DNA of 64,000 nt from NCBI RefSeq assembly GCF_003334405.1, contig NZ_QOWM01000002.1, one strand, 5' to 3'. The first letter of the stretch is position 1. Each line of letters opens with the position of its first letter. The DNA comes from Escherichia coli. Lineage in GTDB: Bacteria > Pseudomonadota > Gammaproteobacteria > Enterobacterales > Enterobacteriaceae. Below, in pieces: positions 37,643 through 48,415 of the stretch. The notes under the pieces are model-generated. The model did no database searches, was not told the DNA's origin, and saw only the letters and a list, made by a program, of their open reading frames with translations. A program made the position numbers and the translations under genes.

Positions 37643-39979
37643 ATGAAGCAAATTCGTCTGCTGGCGCAGTATTATGTTGACCTGATGATGAAGTTAGGTC
37701 TGGTGCGCTTCTCAATGTTGCTGGCGCTGGCCCTCGTCGTTCTTGCCATTGTGGTACAAATGGCGGTAACCATGGTGCTGCATGGTCAGGTCGAAAGCAT
37801 TGATGTTATTCGTTCTATCTTCTTTGGTTTGCTGATTACGCCGTGGGCGGTCTACTTTCTATCGGTGGTCGTCGAGCAACTGGAGGAGTCACGACAACGT
37901 CTGTCACGGCTGGTGCAAAAACTGGAGGAGATGCGCGAGCGCGATTTGAGCCTCAACGTTCAGTTAAAAGATAATATTGCCCAGCTAAATCAGGAAATTG
38001 CCGTTCGTGAAAAAGCGGAAGCAGAACTGCAGGAAACCTTCGGCCAACTGAAAATTGAAATCAAAGAGCGCGAAGAGACACAAATTCAGCTCGAGCAGCA
38101 ATCCTCATTCTTACGTTCCTTCCTTGATGCTTCACCCGACCTGGTTTTTTATCGTAACGAAGATAAAGAGTTTTCCGGCTGTAACCGCGCGATGGAGCTG
38201 CTGACCGGAAAAAGCGAAAAACAACTGGTTCACCTGAAACCTGCTGATGTTTACTCACCGGAAGCCGCCGCAAAAGTCATTGAAACCGATGAAAAAGTGT
38301 TCCGTCATAATGTGTCACTGACCTATGAACAGTGGCTGGATTACCCGGACGGGCGCAAAGCCTGCTTTGAAATCCGTAAAGTGCCGTACTACGACCGCGT
38401 GGGTAAACGTCACGGTTTGATGGGCTTTGGTCGCGACATTACCGAGCGTAAGCGGTATCAGGATGCGCTTGAACGGGCCAGCCGCGACAAAACGACGTTT
38501 ATCTCCACCATCAGTCACGAATTGCGTACACCGCTGAACGGTATCGTCGGTCTGAGCCGCATTCTGCTGGATACCGAACTCACCGCCGAGCAGGAAAAAT
38601 ATCTCAAGACCATCCATGTTTCGGCCGTCACGCTGGGGAATATCTTTAACGATATTATCGACATGGATAAGATGGAACGGCGCAAGGTCCAGCTTGATAA
38701 TCAACCGGTTGATTTCACCAGCTTCCTTGCCGATCTGGAAAATCTCTCCGCATTGCAGGCGCAACAAAAAGGATTGCGCTTTAACCTGGAGCCGACGCTG
38801 CCATTACCGCATCAGGTCATTACCGACGGGACGCGTTTACGGCAGATCCTGTGGAACCTCATCAGTAACGCCGTCAAATTCACCCAGCAAGGCCAGGTTA
38901 CCGTGCGCGTGCGCTACGATGAAGGCGATATGCTGCATTTTGAAGTGGAAGACTCTGGTATCGGCATTCCGCAGGATGAGCTGGATAAAATTTTCGCCAT
39001 GTATTACCAGGTGAAAGACAGTCATGGCGGTAAACCTGCCACCGGCACCGGTATTGGTCTGGCCGTTTCTCGTCGTCTGGCGAAAAATATGGGCGGCGAT
39101 ATTACGGTTACCAGCGAACAGGGCAAAGGTTCAACCTTTACGTTGACGATCCACGCACCGTCGGTAGCAGAAGAGGTCGATGATGCGTTTGATGAAGACG
39201 ATATGCCTTTACCGGCGCTGAATGTGCTGCTGGTGGAAGACATTGAACTGAACGTGATTGTTGCGCGTTCTGTGCTGGAAAAATTAGGTAACAGCGTTGA
39301 TGTCGCCATGACCGGCAAGGCGGCGCTGGAGATGTTTAAACCGGGCGAATACGACCTGGTGTTGCTGGATATTCAGTTGCCAGATATGACCGGGCTGGAT
39401 ATCTCTCGTGAACTGACGAAACGTTATCCGCGCGAGGATTTACCGCCGCTGGTGGCCTTAACCGCTAACGTGCTGAAAGACAAACAAGAGTACCTCAATG
39501 CTGGAATGGATGATGTGCTGAGTAAGCCGCTTTCTGTTCCGGCGCTAACCGCGATGATCAAGAAATTCTGGGATACCCAGGATGATGAGGAGAGTACGGT
39601 GACGACAGAAGAGAACAGTAAATCAGAAGCATTGCTCGATATTCCCATGCTGGAACAGTATCTCGAACTTGTAGGACCGAAGCTGATCACCGACGGGTTA
39701 GCGGTGTTTGAGAAGATGATGCCGGGCTATGTCAGCGTGCTGGAGTCGAATCTGACGGCGCAGGATAAAAAAGGCATTGTTGAGGAAGGACATAAAATTA
39801 AAGGTGCGGCGGGGTCAGTGGGGTTACGCCATCTGCAACAGCTGGGTCAGCAAATTCAGTCTCCTGACCTTCCGGCCTGGGAAGATAACGTCGGTGAATG
39901 GATTGAAGAGATGAAAGAAGAGTGGCGTCACGACGTAGAAGTGCTGAAAGCGTGGGTGGCAAAAGCCACTAAAAAATGA
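37643..39979 (+). CDS. arcB: Aerobic respiration control sensor kinase ArcB (hybrid histidine kinase)
   Basis: 778 aa: TM, PAS, HisKA (SHELRTPLN), HATPase, receiver, HPt domains. Confidence 0.96.
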   Translation: MKQIRLLAQYYVDLMMKLGLVRFSMLLALALVVLAIVVQMAVTMVLHGQVESIDVIRSIFFGLLITPWAVYFLSVVVEQLEESRQRLSRLVQKLEEMRERDLSLNVQLKDNIAQLNQEIAVREKAEAELQETFGQLKIEIKEREETQIQLEQQSSFLRSFLDASPDLVFYRNEDKEFSGCNRAMELLTGKSEKQLVHLKPADVYSPEAAAKVIETDEKVFRHNVSLTYEQWLDYPDGRKACFEIRKVPYYDRVGKRHGLMGFGRDITERKRYQDALERASRDKTTFISTISHELRTPLNGIVGLSRILLDTELTAEQEKYLKTIHVSAVTLGNIFNDIIDMDKMERRKVQLDNQPVDFTSFLADLENLSALQAQQKGLRFNLEPTLPLPHQVITDGTRLRQILWNLISNAVKFTQQGQVTVRVRYDEGDMLHFEVEDSGIGIPQDELDKIFAMYYQVKDSHGGKPATGTGIGLAVSRRLAKNMGGDITVTSEQGKGSTFTLTIHAPSVAEEVDDAFDEDDMPLPALNVLLVEDIELNVIVARSVLEKLGNSVDVAMTGKAALEMFKPGEYDLVLLDIQLPDMTGLDISRELTKRYPREDLPPLVALTANVLKDKQEYLNAGMDDVLSKPLSVPALTAMIKKFWDTQDDEESTVTTEENSKSEALLDIPMLEQYLELVGPKLITDGLAVFEKMMPGYVSVLESNLTAQDKKGIVEEGHKIKGAAGSVGLRHLQQLGQQIQSPDLPAWEDNVGEWIEEMKEEWRHDVEVLKAWVAKATKK

Positions 39980-40091
39980 CCCCGGCTAGACCGGGGTGCG
40001 CGAATACTGCGCCAACACCAGGGAAATCTTGGCTGCGCCGTAAATTATTATGATGAGTTACAAGGGCACAGCACTGTTTTTCAGGCCGCAC
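39971..40091 (-). ncRNA. arcZ: ArcZ (RyhA/SraH) Hfq-dependent sRNA, antisense to the arcB 3' end
   Basis: Minus-strand sequence GTGCGGCCTGAAAAACAGTGCTG...CCCCGGTCTAGCCGGGGTCATTTTTT matches the ArcZ sequence as I recall it and ends in an intrinsic terminator hairpin plus U-run. Confidence 0.85.
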
Positions 40092-40208
40092 GCAGTTAAG
40101 ATAGCAAAACTTAAATGATTTGTTACATGAATCAGTTAAATGTGTGATGCGTACCATTTTTATTAAAAAAATTAATGTGTTTCAGTCAATTGCGAAAGGA
40201 TGATCACA

Positions 40209-40862
40209 ATGAAGAAAATTGGCGTAATTCTGAGCGGATGCGGCGTCTATGACGGTTCTGAAATTCATGAAGCGGTGTTGACGTTGTTAGCTATTTCACG
40301 CAGCGGTGCGCAGGCGGTCTGCTTTGCACCGGATAAGCAGCAGGTTGATGTTATCAACCATTTAACTGGCGAAGCGATGACGGAAACGCGCAATGTGCTG
40401 ATTGAAGCGGCACGAATAACGCGCGGTGAAATCCGTCCTCTGGCCCAGGCCGATGCCGCTGAACTGGATGCGTTGATTGTGCCGGGGGGGTTTGGCGCGG
40501 CGAAGAATTTAAGCAATTTTGCCAGTCTTGGTAGCGAATGCACCGTTGACCGTGAATTAAAGGCGCTGGCACAAGCGATGCATCAGGCCGGAAAACCGCT
40601 TGGTTTTATGTGTATTGCCCCGGCGATGCTGCCGAAAATTTTCGATTTCCCGCTGCGTTTGACCATCGGTACTGATATCGATACCGCAGAAGTGCTGGAA
40701 GAGATGGGCGCGGAGCATGTGCCGTGTCCTGTCGATGATATCGTGGTTGATGAAGACAATAAGATTGTCACCACCCCAGCATATATGCTGGCGCAGAACA
40801 TTGCAGAAGCGGCGAGCGGCATTGATAAGCTGGTTTCCCGCGTGCTGGTTCTGGCTGAATGA
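40209..40862 (+). CDS. elbB: DJ-1/PfpI-family protein ElbB
   Basis: 217 aa [21 protein letters not shown]...; start moved to internal ATG. Confidence 0.9.
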   Translation: MKKIGVILSGCGVYDGSEIHEAVLTLLAISRSGAQAVCFAPDKQQVDVINHLTGEAMTETRNVLIEAARITRGEIRPLAQADAAELDALIVPGGFGAAKNLSNFASLGSECTVDRELKALAQAMHQAGKPLGFMCIAPAMLPKIFDFPLRLTIGTDIDTAEVLEEMGAEHVPCPVDDIVVDEDNKIVTTPAYMLAQNIAEAASGIDKLVSRVLVLAE

Positions 40863-41587
40863 GTAAAAGCCGCTTAACGGTGTTTAGTTTCGTTCGCCGT
40901 TTTCTTTTGCGGTTAATGGTTGTCCTCGCCGTTTTCTGGGGCGGGGGCATCGCGTTGTTTAGCGTTGCGCCTGTTCCCTTCTCAGCGGTAATGGTCGAGC
41001 GACAGGTCAGCGCCTGGCTGCATGGCAATTTTCGTTACGTGGCACATTCTGACTGGGTCAGTATGGATCAAATCTCGCCGTGGATGGGACTGGCGGTGAT
41101 TGCCGCAGAAGATCAGAAATTTCCTGAGCACTGGGGCTTTGATGTCGCTTCCATTGAGAAAGCCCTGGCGCACAACGAGCGCAATGAAAACCGTATTCGC
41201 GGTGCTTCAACGATTTCTCAACAGACAGCCAAAAATCTCTTTTTATGGGATGGGCGTAGCTGGGTTCGAAAAGGGCTGGAAGCCGGATTAACGCTGGGGA
41301 TAGAAACGGTCTGGAGCAAAAAGCGTATCCTGACGGTTTACCTGAATATCGCCGAATTTGGCGACGGTGTGTTTGGCGTCGAAGCTGCGGCACAACGTTA
41401 TTTCCACAAACCCGCGAGCAAACTTACCCGGTCGGAAGCTGCATTACTGGCAGCTGTATTACCTAATCCACTTCGTTTCAAAGTCTCCTCGCCATCGGGC
41501 TACGTGCGTAGCCGTCAGGCGTGGATTTTACGGCAGATGTATCAGTTAGGCGGTGAGCCGTTTATGCAACAACACCAGCTGGATTAA
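40859..41587 (+). CDS. mtgA: Monofunctional biosynthetic peptidoglycan transglycosylase
   Basis: 242 aa with N-terminal TM and GT51 motifs (…[13 protein letters not shown]…). Confidence 0.93.
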   Translation: MSKSRLTVFSFVRRFLLRLMVVLAVFWGGGIALFSVAPVPFSAVMVERQVSAWLHGNFRYVAHSDWVSMDQISPWMGLAVIAAEDQKFPEHWGFDVASIEKALAHNERNENRIRGASTISQQTAKNLFLWDGRSWVRKGLEAGLTLGIETVWSKKRILTVYLNIAEFGDGVFGVEAAAQRYFHKPASKLTRSEAALLAAVLPNPLRFKVSSPSGYVRSRQAWILRQMYQLGGEPFMQQHQLD

Positions 41588-42216
41588 GCTTCGCGCGAAG
41601 TGAGGGCCAGCGTTTTGCTCTCACGAGGTTGCAGATCTTTCTGCAGGGCAATAGCCAGCGCCGGTTGGGCGATAAATCGTTTCCATAACCGCTCTTGCTT
41701 ACGCAGACAACACCACTTCGACCAGGTCGCCAGTGGAATCAATGTGCTTTCACCAATGTTGTCGCAGACGACCGGGATAACCTCTGACTCACTGATGCGG
41801 TGACAGAGGATATTCTGCGGCTTCAGCGACATCGTCACGATACGGTTATCCTGCAAATAACGCTTCAGCTGTTTCAGTAGCTGGCGCAGTTGTGCAATGT
41901 CTTCTTCGTAACGGCATTGTTCAGCAAATTCGGTCAGCGTAATGGAAGGCTTGCCGTCAAAATCTGCAATCACATCGTAGACATAACCGGTTCCGCAATC
42001 CGTCTCAACGGTACCGTGATAGCGCGGTATTCCACTCCAGTCTTTTAACCGGCGACCAAGATGCGCGTAGTACTTTAACTCACGGCGGATCTCTTTATCG
42101 CCACCATCGCCACGATGGTAGACAATCTTGATACAGCGTTGGGCATCTTCCGGATGCGCATAACATTTCCGATGTCTTCCGGTGCCCAGGGGACTTTGTT
42201 CAGATAAGCGAATCAT
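41584..42216 (-). CDS. yrbL: PhoP-regulated protein YrbL
   Basis: 210 aa [24 protein letters not shown]...; start moved to internal ATG; stop overlaps mtgA stop. Confidence 0.85.
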   Translation of the reverse strand: MIRLSEQSPLGTGRHRKCYAHPEDAQRCIKIVYHRGDGGDKEIRRELKYYAHLGRRLKDWSGIPRYHGTVETDCGTGYVYDVIADFDGKPSITLTEFAEQCRYEEDIAQLRQLLKQLKRYLQDNRIVTMSLKPQNILCHRISESEVIPVVCDNIGESTLIPLATWSKWCCLRKQERLWKRFIAQPALAIALQKDLQPRESKTLALTSREA

Positions 42217-42266
42217 GCCATCTCCTGGAAATATTTTCTGACGATCTCCAGTATGGTCGATTAACT

Positions 42267-42283
42267 TAAACAAAACCTAAACA
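42267..42283. promoter_or_regulatory. PhoP box (direct repeat TGTTTA-N5-TGTTTA on minus strand) upstream of yrbL
   Basis: Minus-strand TGTTTAGGTTTTGTTTA about 50 bp upstream of the yrbL start. Confidence 0.7.
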
Positions 42284-42429
42284 ATGCCTCTTAAGGTTTT
42301 CTTAAGGTTCTTCTGAAAGTGAAAAGCGCACAAAATGTACAAATGACGTTGATTGAGAACGATTTCAGTACGTGATTTTCTTATTGTCGGGGGGAGTTTG
42401 AAGGGAGTTGTATGTCAAAGTGATGAAGA

Positions 42430-42702
42430 TTAATCTTCATCAAAACCAGAATTAAAGAGGGCGATAACGGCGGCCAGTGCTTCCTCTTCCTGTGGACCGG
42501 TCGCTTCAACTTCAATCTGCCGTCCTTTGGCAGAATCCAACATCAGCAGCGCAATAACGCTGTTGGCTTCAGCCTCGGTGCCTTCGTCATTACGTAAGAG
42601 CACTTCAGCGTCAAAACCCTGCATTAATTCAAACAGCTTCATTGCAGGCCGGGCATGCATGCCCAGCTTGTTTGTGATTTCAACAGTTTGCTTGACGGTC
42701 AT
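42430..42702 (-). CDS. ptsO: Nitrogen-related phosphocarrier protein NPr
   Basis: 90 aa HPr-like protein. Confidence 0.93.
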
Positions 42703-43553
42703 GGTTTACGTTTTTCCAGCGTACGATGGCGTGACTGGACGTTTTTACCGCGCGAGCGGAAGTAGTCTGCCAGTTGCTCTGCAATATACACCGAACGGTG
42801 CTTCCCGCCGGTACAACCAATGGCGACCGTCAAGTAGCTACGGTTGTTGGTTTCCAGCATAGGTAACCATAGCTCAAGATAGCTTCGCGTCTGGTAGATA
42901 AAATTGTGTACTTCTGTGTGGCGGTCGAGGAACGCGGCGACAGGTTTATCAAGACCTGTCATTGGACGCAGTTTCGGATCCCAGTGCGGGTTCGGCAAGA
43001 AGCGCACGTCAAAGACGTAATCTGCATCGATAGGGATACCGTGTTTGAAGCCGAAAGACTCAAAGACCATGGTCAGTTCGCGTTCACGTTTACCCAGCAG
43101 ACGGGTACGCAGCATTTCAGCCAGCTCGTGAACGGACATTTCTGAGGTATCGACAATCAGATCCGCTCGCGAACGCAGAGGCTCCAGCAAATCGCTTTCT
43201 TTGTCGATAGCACTTTCCAGCGACAGGTTTTTGCTGGAAAGCGGATGCAGTCGGCGCGTGTCACTGTAACGACGAATTAAGGTATTACGGTCGGCATCCA
43301 GGAACAGGAGTTGCGGTGAGAAAGCGTCAGGCAGGTTACTCATCGCCTGTTCGAATATTTCTGGTGACTCCGGCATATTACGAACATCAATGCTGACGGC
43401 GGCAGAAATCTCGCGATCGGCCAGGGTTCGAGCCAGATCGGGTAACAACACTACGGGAAGGTTATCCACGCAGTAAAAACCCATATCTTCCAGCGCACGC
43501 AGGGCGACAGATTTACCTGAACCTGAACGTCCGCTGACGATCATCAGTACCAT
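42699..43553 (-). CDS. rapZ: RNase adaptor protein RapZ (YhbJ)
   Basis: 284 aa, Walker A GRSGSGKS at N-terminus. Confidence 0.93.
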
Positions 43554-43598
43554 GTACTGTTTCTCCTCACAACGTCTAAAAGAGACATTACCGAATAA

Positions 43599-44090
43599 CT
43601 ACGCTTCATCCGGAGTACCTTCGGTATCCGTAATGATTTGATACAGCTCTTCATCGCTCTGGGCTGCGCGTAAACGGCGGCAGATGGTTTTGTCCGCCAG
43701 ACGTTTCGCCACCAGCGACAGAGTATGCAGGTGCGTTTTAGTTTGGTCTGCCGGCACCAGCAGGGCAAAAAGTAAGTCCACCGGTTGGTTGTCGATGGCA
43801 TCGAAAGCTATAGGCGTTTCGAGCTGAACGAAAACGCCAACGGCGCGCAGAGTATCTTCTTCCAGTTTGCCATGCGGAATGGCAATACCATTGCCGATAC
43901 CGGTACTGCCCATTTTTTCCCGCGTCAGGATAGCTTCAAAAACCACCTGAGGCGGCAGGCTAAGTTGTTTCGCCGCCAGCTCGCTGATGATTTCCAGGGC
44001 GCGTTTTTTGCTCTGACAGTGGACGCGGCTTCGCGTACATTCCCTGTTAAGAACACTGCTAAGCTGTAGAGTTGTATCATTATTTGTCAT
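43599..44090 (-). CDS. ptsN: Nitrogen PTS enzyme IIA (EIIA-Ntr)
   Basis: 163 aa MTNNDTTLQLSSVL...; start moved to internal ATG. Confidence 0.93.
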   Translation of the reverse strand: MTNNDTTLQLSSVLNRECTRSRVHCQSKKRALEIISELAAKQLSLPPQVVFEAILTREKMGSTGIGNGIAIPHGKLEEDTLRAVGVFVQLETPIAFDAIDNQPVDLLFALLVPADQTKTHLHTLSLVAKRLADKTICRRLRAAQSDEELYQIITDTEGTPDEA

Positions 44091-44207
44091 AATTTCACCT
44101 AAGAACCTGCCCACTCAAACAGTGGAACAGGCTCGGAGCATTAACCGTACAAATGGCCCGTTGTGCCGCACAACAGACCGCCATGCACATGCTAATTGCC
44201 CGGACAA

Positions 44208-44495
44208 TTAGTGTTGTTTCAGTTTATCTTTATGTTTGGTCAACTGGCGTGCCAGCTTATCAATTAAGCCATCAATGGCAGCGTACATGTCCTGACCTTC
44301 CGCGCTGGCATGAATTTCACCACCGTTTACATGCAGTGTTGCATCTGAGGTGTGGGTGACTTTCTCCACTTTCAGAACAACATAGACCTGGTTGATTCGG
44401 TCAAAATATTGCTCAAGTTTGGCAAATTTGGCTGTAACAAATTCGCGCAGTGCCTCGGTGATCTCGACGTTATTTCCGGTAATGTTGAGCTGCAT
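44208..44495 (-). CDS. hpf: Ribosome hibernation promoting factor
   Basis: 95 aa MQLNITGNNVEITEALREFV...; start moved to internal ATG. Confidence 0.93.
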   Translation of the reverse strand: MQLNITGNNVEITEALREFVTAKFAKLEQYFDRINQVYVVLKVEKVTHTSDATLHVNGGEIHASAEGQDMYAAIDGLIDKLARQLTKHKDKLKQH

Positions 44496-44517
44496 AGTGT
44501 CTTCCTTATCGGTTGGG

Positions 44518-45951
44518 TCAAACGAGTTGTTTACGCTGGTTTGACGGCGGAATGGATAAAGACTCTCGGTACTTCGCAACAGTGCGGCGTGCCACCATGA
44601 TACCTTGTTCCGACAGCAAAGAGGTTAACTTGCTGTCGCTCAACGGTTTCGCTGGGTTTTCCGCCGCGATTAATTTCTTCACCAGCGCACGAATCGCCGT
44701 GGAGGAAGCTTCGCCGCCGCCCTCGGTATTGACGTGACTGGAAAAGAAATACTTCAGTTCAAAAATGCCTCGTGGACTATGCAGGTATTTTTGCGTGGTC
44801 ACGCGAGATATCGTCGATTCATGCATTTCGACAGCCTGGGCGATATCGGCCAGTACCATCGGTTTCATATATTCTTCACCTTGCTCAAAGAAGGCTTGCT
44901 GCTGTTCAACGATACAGCGACTCACGCGCAGTAGCGTATCGTTACGGCTTTCCAGACTCTTGATCAACCATTTGGCATCCTGCAGATTGCTGCGGATAAA
45001 CTGGCTGTCACCATCGTTGCGCGCGTTATTGCACATCGAGGCGTAGTGCTGGTTGATTTGCAGACGCGGAATGCTGTCACTGTTGAGTTCTACCGTCCAG
45101 TGACCGTTATGCTTACGCACCAGCACATCTGGAATGACATACTCAGGTTCGCCAGTCTGGATCGACTGCCCGGGGCGCGGATCGAGCGACTGGATCAGAT
45201 TGACGGCTTCTTTCAGCACATCTTCTTTCAGACGCGTGACGCGCATTAAAGTGCGGAAGTCGTGATTGGCTAACAGATCGAGATGATCGCTAATGATCAG
45301 TCTGGCCTCTTCCAGCCACGGCGTGGTCTTATCGAATTGGGAGAGTTGGATCAGCAGACAGTCACGCAGATCTTTTGCCGCCACACCGACCGGATCAAAC
45401 CGTTGGATCCGCTTAAGGACGGCTTCAACTTCGTCGATGTCGATCTCTTCATCGCCTATACTTTCGAGAATATCTTCCAGCGGGACAGTCAGATAACCGG
45501 TTTCATCAACGGCATCGACGATAGAGGTAGCAATAGCGCGGTCAGTGTCGGAAAACGGTGTCAGCTCAACCTGCCACATCAGGTAATCCTGCAAGGTCTG
45601 CGTCGTTTCGCCCTGGTAGACCGGCAGCTCGTCGTCAATGTAGTCACCGCTGGTGCCGGATGGTGTACCAGCGGTGTAAATGGTGTCCCAACTGGCATCG
45701 AGCGGCAGCTCTTCCGGCATCTCTTTTTGTTCGAGCGCGTCGGCGGTGTCCAGCGTTTCACTGTCTTGCGTTTCGCGGGTGTCGATTTCTTCATGAGTGT
45801 CGATTTGCTCAAGCAGCGGATTACTCTCCAGCGCCTGCTGTAGCTCCTGCTGAAGTTCCAGCGTCGACAACTGCAACAGACGAATTGCCTGTTGGAGCTG
45901 TGGCGTCATCGCCAGTTGTTGGCTAAGCCTGAGTTGCAAACCTTGCTTCAT
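44518..45951 (-). CDS. rpoN: RNA polymerase sigma-54 factor
   Basis: 477 aa; Q-rich N-terminus, acidic region, C-terminal RpoN box ([10 protein letters not shown]). Confidence 0.97.
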   Translation of the reverse strand: MKQGLQLRLSQQLAMTPQLQQAIRLLQLSTLELQQELQQALESNPLLEQIDTHEEIDTRETQDSETLDTADALEQKEMPEELPLDASWDTIYTAGTPSGTSGDYIDDELPVYQGETTQTLQDYLMWQVELTPFSDTDRAIATSIVDAVDETGYLTVPLEDILESIGDEEIDIDEVEAVLKRIQRFDPVGVAAKDLRDCLLIQLSQFDKTTPWLEEARLIISDHLDLLANHDFRTLMRVTRLKEDVLKEAVNLIQSLDPRPGQSIQTGEPEYVIPDVLVRKHNGHWTVELNSDSIPRLQINQHYASMCNNARNDGDSQFIRSNLQDAKWLIKSLESRNDTLLRVSRCIVEQQQAFFEQGEEYMKPMVLADIAQAVEMHESTISRVTTQKYLHSPRGIFELKYFFSSHVNTEGGGEASSTAIRALVKKLIAAENPAKPLSDSKLTSLLSEQGIMVARRTVAKYRESLSIPPSNQRKQLV

Positions 45952-45998
45952 GTTCAGAATCGTACTCTCCTGCTAAAACGTCGCAAACTTCTACCCTA

Positions 45999-46724
45999 TC
46001 AGAGTCTGAAGTCTTCCCCAAGGTATACACGCTTAACGTGTTCGTCTTGTAAGATTTCTGTAGGCGTGCCGTGGGCGATCAAATGCCCCTGACTGACGAT
46101 ATAAGCGCGTTCACAAACCGCCAGTGTTTCACGCACGTTGTGGTCAGTGATCAGCACGCCCAGGCCGCTGTCGCGCAGGTGCTCAATGATGCGTTTAATG
46201 TCGATAACCGAGATCGGGTCAACCCCGGCAAACGGTTCGTCGAGCAGAATAAATTTCGGATTCGCAGCCAGTGCGCGGGCAATTTCTACACGGCGACGTT
46301 CACCCCCGGAGAGTGACTGCCCCATGCTGTCACGCAGGTGCTCAATGTGAAACTCTTCCATCAGCTCGTTCGCGCGGTCTTCACGTTGTTCAGCAGACAA
46401 GTCGTCACGAATTTGCAGTACCGCCATCAGGTTATCGTAAACGCTGAGGCGACGGAAAATGGAGGCTTCCTGTGGCAGATAGCCGATACCGCGGCGCGCG
46501 CGTGCATGCAGAGGCAGCAGACTGATATCGTCATCATCAATAATGATGTTGCCCGCATCGCGCGGCACAATGCCTACAACCATGTAGAAAGTGGTGGTCT
46601 TACCGGCACCGTTTGGCCCCAGCAGACCGACAATTTCCCCGGAGTTGACGGTCAGGCTGACGTCTTCTACCACGCGACGGCCTTTATAGGCTTTTGCAAG
46701 GTTCTTTGCAGTTAATGTTGCCAT
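45999..46724 (-). CDS. lptB: LPS export ABC transporter ATP-binding protein LptB
   Basis: 241 aa, Walker [13 protein letters not shown] signature LSGGERRR. Confidence 0.96.
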
Positions 46725-46730
46725 AACGAA

Positions 46731-47288
46731 TTAATTACCCTTCTTCTGTGCCGGGGTCTGGCCTTTGTTGTTTTTGTCCTGCAGCTGCGACGGCACCAGA
46801 ACGGTTGTTACGCGCTTGCCTTTGTCGCTGAAAGCCTGCATTTTCTGCTCTTTCACCAGGTAAGTGATCTTATCGCCCTTAATGTTGCTATCGACCTGCT
46901 GCAGATAAGCATTACCCGTCAGAACGACAAAATCTTTTGCCAGTTCGTAGTGCATCTGGGAAGCGTGACCTTCAACGGGTTTACCGTTGTCCTGCATCTG
47001 GTAGAACGTTGCCGGTTTACCGTAGCCGTCAATCACTTCTTTACCTTGTTCGCCGCCCGGACGGGTAACGACCACTTTGTCGGCATTAATTTTGATGGTG
47101 CCCTGGGTGACGATGACATTACCGGTAAAGGTAACCACGTTGCCTTGCATATCAAGAGATTGCTGGTCCGATTCAATGTGGATCGGCTGATCAGTGTCTC
47201 CGGTTACGGCAAATGCCGGAATGCTGGCGGCCAGAAGTGAGCTGGCAAGCACAAGATTAAGGCTGAGTTTGTTTGTTTTGAATTTCAT
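46731..47288 (-). CDS. lptA: LPS transport periplasmic protein LptA
   Basis: 185 aa with signal peptide; start moved to internal ATG. Confidence 0.93.
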   Translation of the reverse strand: MKFKTNKLSLNLVLASSLLAASIPAFAVTGDTDQPIHIESDQQSLDMQGNVVTFTGNVIVTQGTIKINADKVVVTRPGGEQGKEVIDGYGKPATFYQMQDNGKPVEGHASQMHYELAKDFVVLTGNAYLQQVDSNIKGDKITYLVKEQKMQAFSDKGKRVTTVLVPSQLQDKNNKGQTPAQKKGN

Positions 47289-47832
47289 AGGATGTTCTAA
47301 CCTTTTCAATCAGCTCGGCGTTCTTGCTGCGTAAGTTGCCGCGCATTTTCAGACCGCTGGAGTTAAATGTTGTTCCGTATAACGTGACGAGGTCTTCAGA
47401 GGTAACATCCTGCGTCACCAGATTGATCTGCGCGTTATCCGTCGTGATTCTGCGAAGTTGAGAGTCTGGCACAAGTGCGTTGACTTCAACGTGTCCATAT
47501 AAATAGAGCATCCGGTCATTGGTCAGCTTGGCTTTATCTGCTTTTACGGACCATGTCGGGATTTTATCCTTATCAAACGTGGTAAGTACCGGCTGCGTAA
47601 ACCACGAAACGGCCTGATCGGAATAATATTCAACGTGTTGAGCAATCAATCGATAGCTTAGTGCCCCTTCTGGGTTATAGACGAGCGTGTCCGTATGCTC
47701 GCTTTTATAGGTGGGATCATTGTTGTTGACGACCACCTGGGCGGTATCGTCTTTTTCGGCCATATTAATGCCGATCATCACCAGAACCGCCAGTGATAAC
47801 ACAATGATAACCCAACGTCTGGCTTTACTCAT
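47257..47832 (-). CDS. lptC: LPS export system protein LptC
   Basis: 191 aa with N-terminal TM anchor; 32-bp overlap with lptA start. Confidence 0.93.
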   Translation of the reverse strand: MSKARRWVIIVLSLAVLVMIGINMAEKDDTAQVVVNNNDPTYKSEHTDTLVYNPEGALSYRLIAQHVEYYSDQAVSWFTQPVLTTFDKDKIPTWSVKADKAKLTNDRMLYLYGHVEVNALVPDSQLRRITTDNAQINLVTQDVTSEDLVTLYGTTFNSSGLKMRGNLRSKNAELIEKVRTSYEIQNKQTQP

Positions 47833-48395
47833 ATCGATTGCCCTTTGGCTTCATCCAGTTTGCCCTGCGCCAGGAGTAATAAGTCGCAAACTTCGCGCAC
47901 TGCGCCACGACCGCCAGCAATGCGCGTCACGTAATCGGCGCGCGGGATCAACAGTGGATGCGCATCGGCCACGGCGACGCTTAAACCCACTTTTTCCATT
48001 ACCGGCCAGTCGATGAGATCATCGCCGACATAAGCCACATTTTCCGGGGCAATCGCCAGTTTTTCCAGCAGATCGCTAAAGGCGATCAGTTTGTTTGACT
48101 GCCCCTGATACAAGTGAGTGATCCCCAATGTGGCACAACGATCTTCTACCAGTTTAGCCTTTCGCCCGGTAATGATAGCGACTTCAATATCAGAGGTGAG
48201 CGCACAACGAATGCCATAACCGTCACGAACATTGAACGCTTTCAGCTCTTCGCCATTATTGCCCATATAAATCAGGCCATCTGACAGTACGCCATCGACA
48301 TCGAGGATCAGCAGACGAATGTTCTCTGCTTTTGCTATAACGTCGGCGCTGACAGGGCCGTAACAGGTCGCAAGCGACGCACCTGCTTTGCTCAT
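47829..48395 (-). CDS. kdsC: KDO 8-phosphate phosphatase (HAD family)
   Basis: 188 aa with HAD motif LILDVDGVLSDG. Confidence 0.93.
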   Translation of the reverse strand: MSKAGASLATCYGPVSADVIAKAENIRLLILDVDGVLSDGLIYMGNNGEELKAFNVRDGYGIRCALTSDIEVAIITGRKAKLVEDRCATLGITHLYQGQSNKLIAFSDLLEKLAIAPENVAYVGDDLIDWPVMEKVGLSVAVADAHPLLIPRADYVTRIAGGRGAVREVCDLLLLAQGKLDEAKGQSI

Positions 48396-48415
48396 TGTTG
48401 TTTATCCTTGAATCT

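Noticed and set aside
43544-43801. 85-aa ORF bridging rapZ and ptsN
   Set aside because: Overlaps the 3' end of ptsN in another frame; the rapZ-ptsN spacer is better explained as a short intergenic region within the operon.
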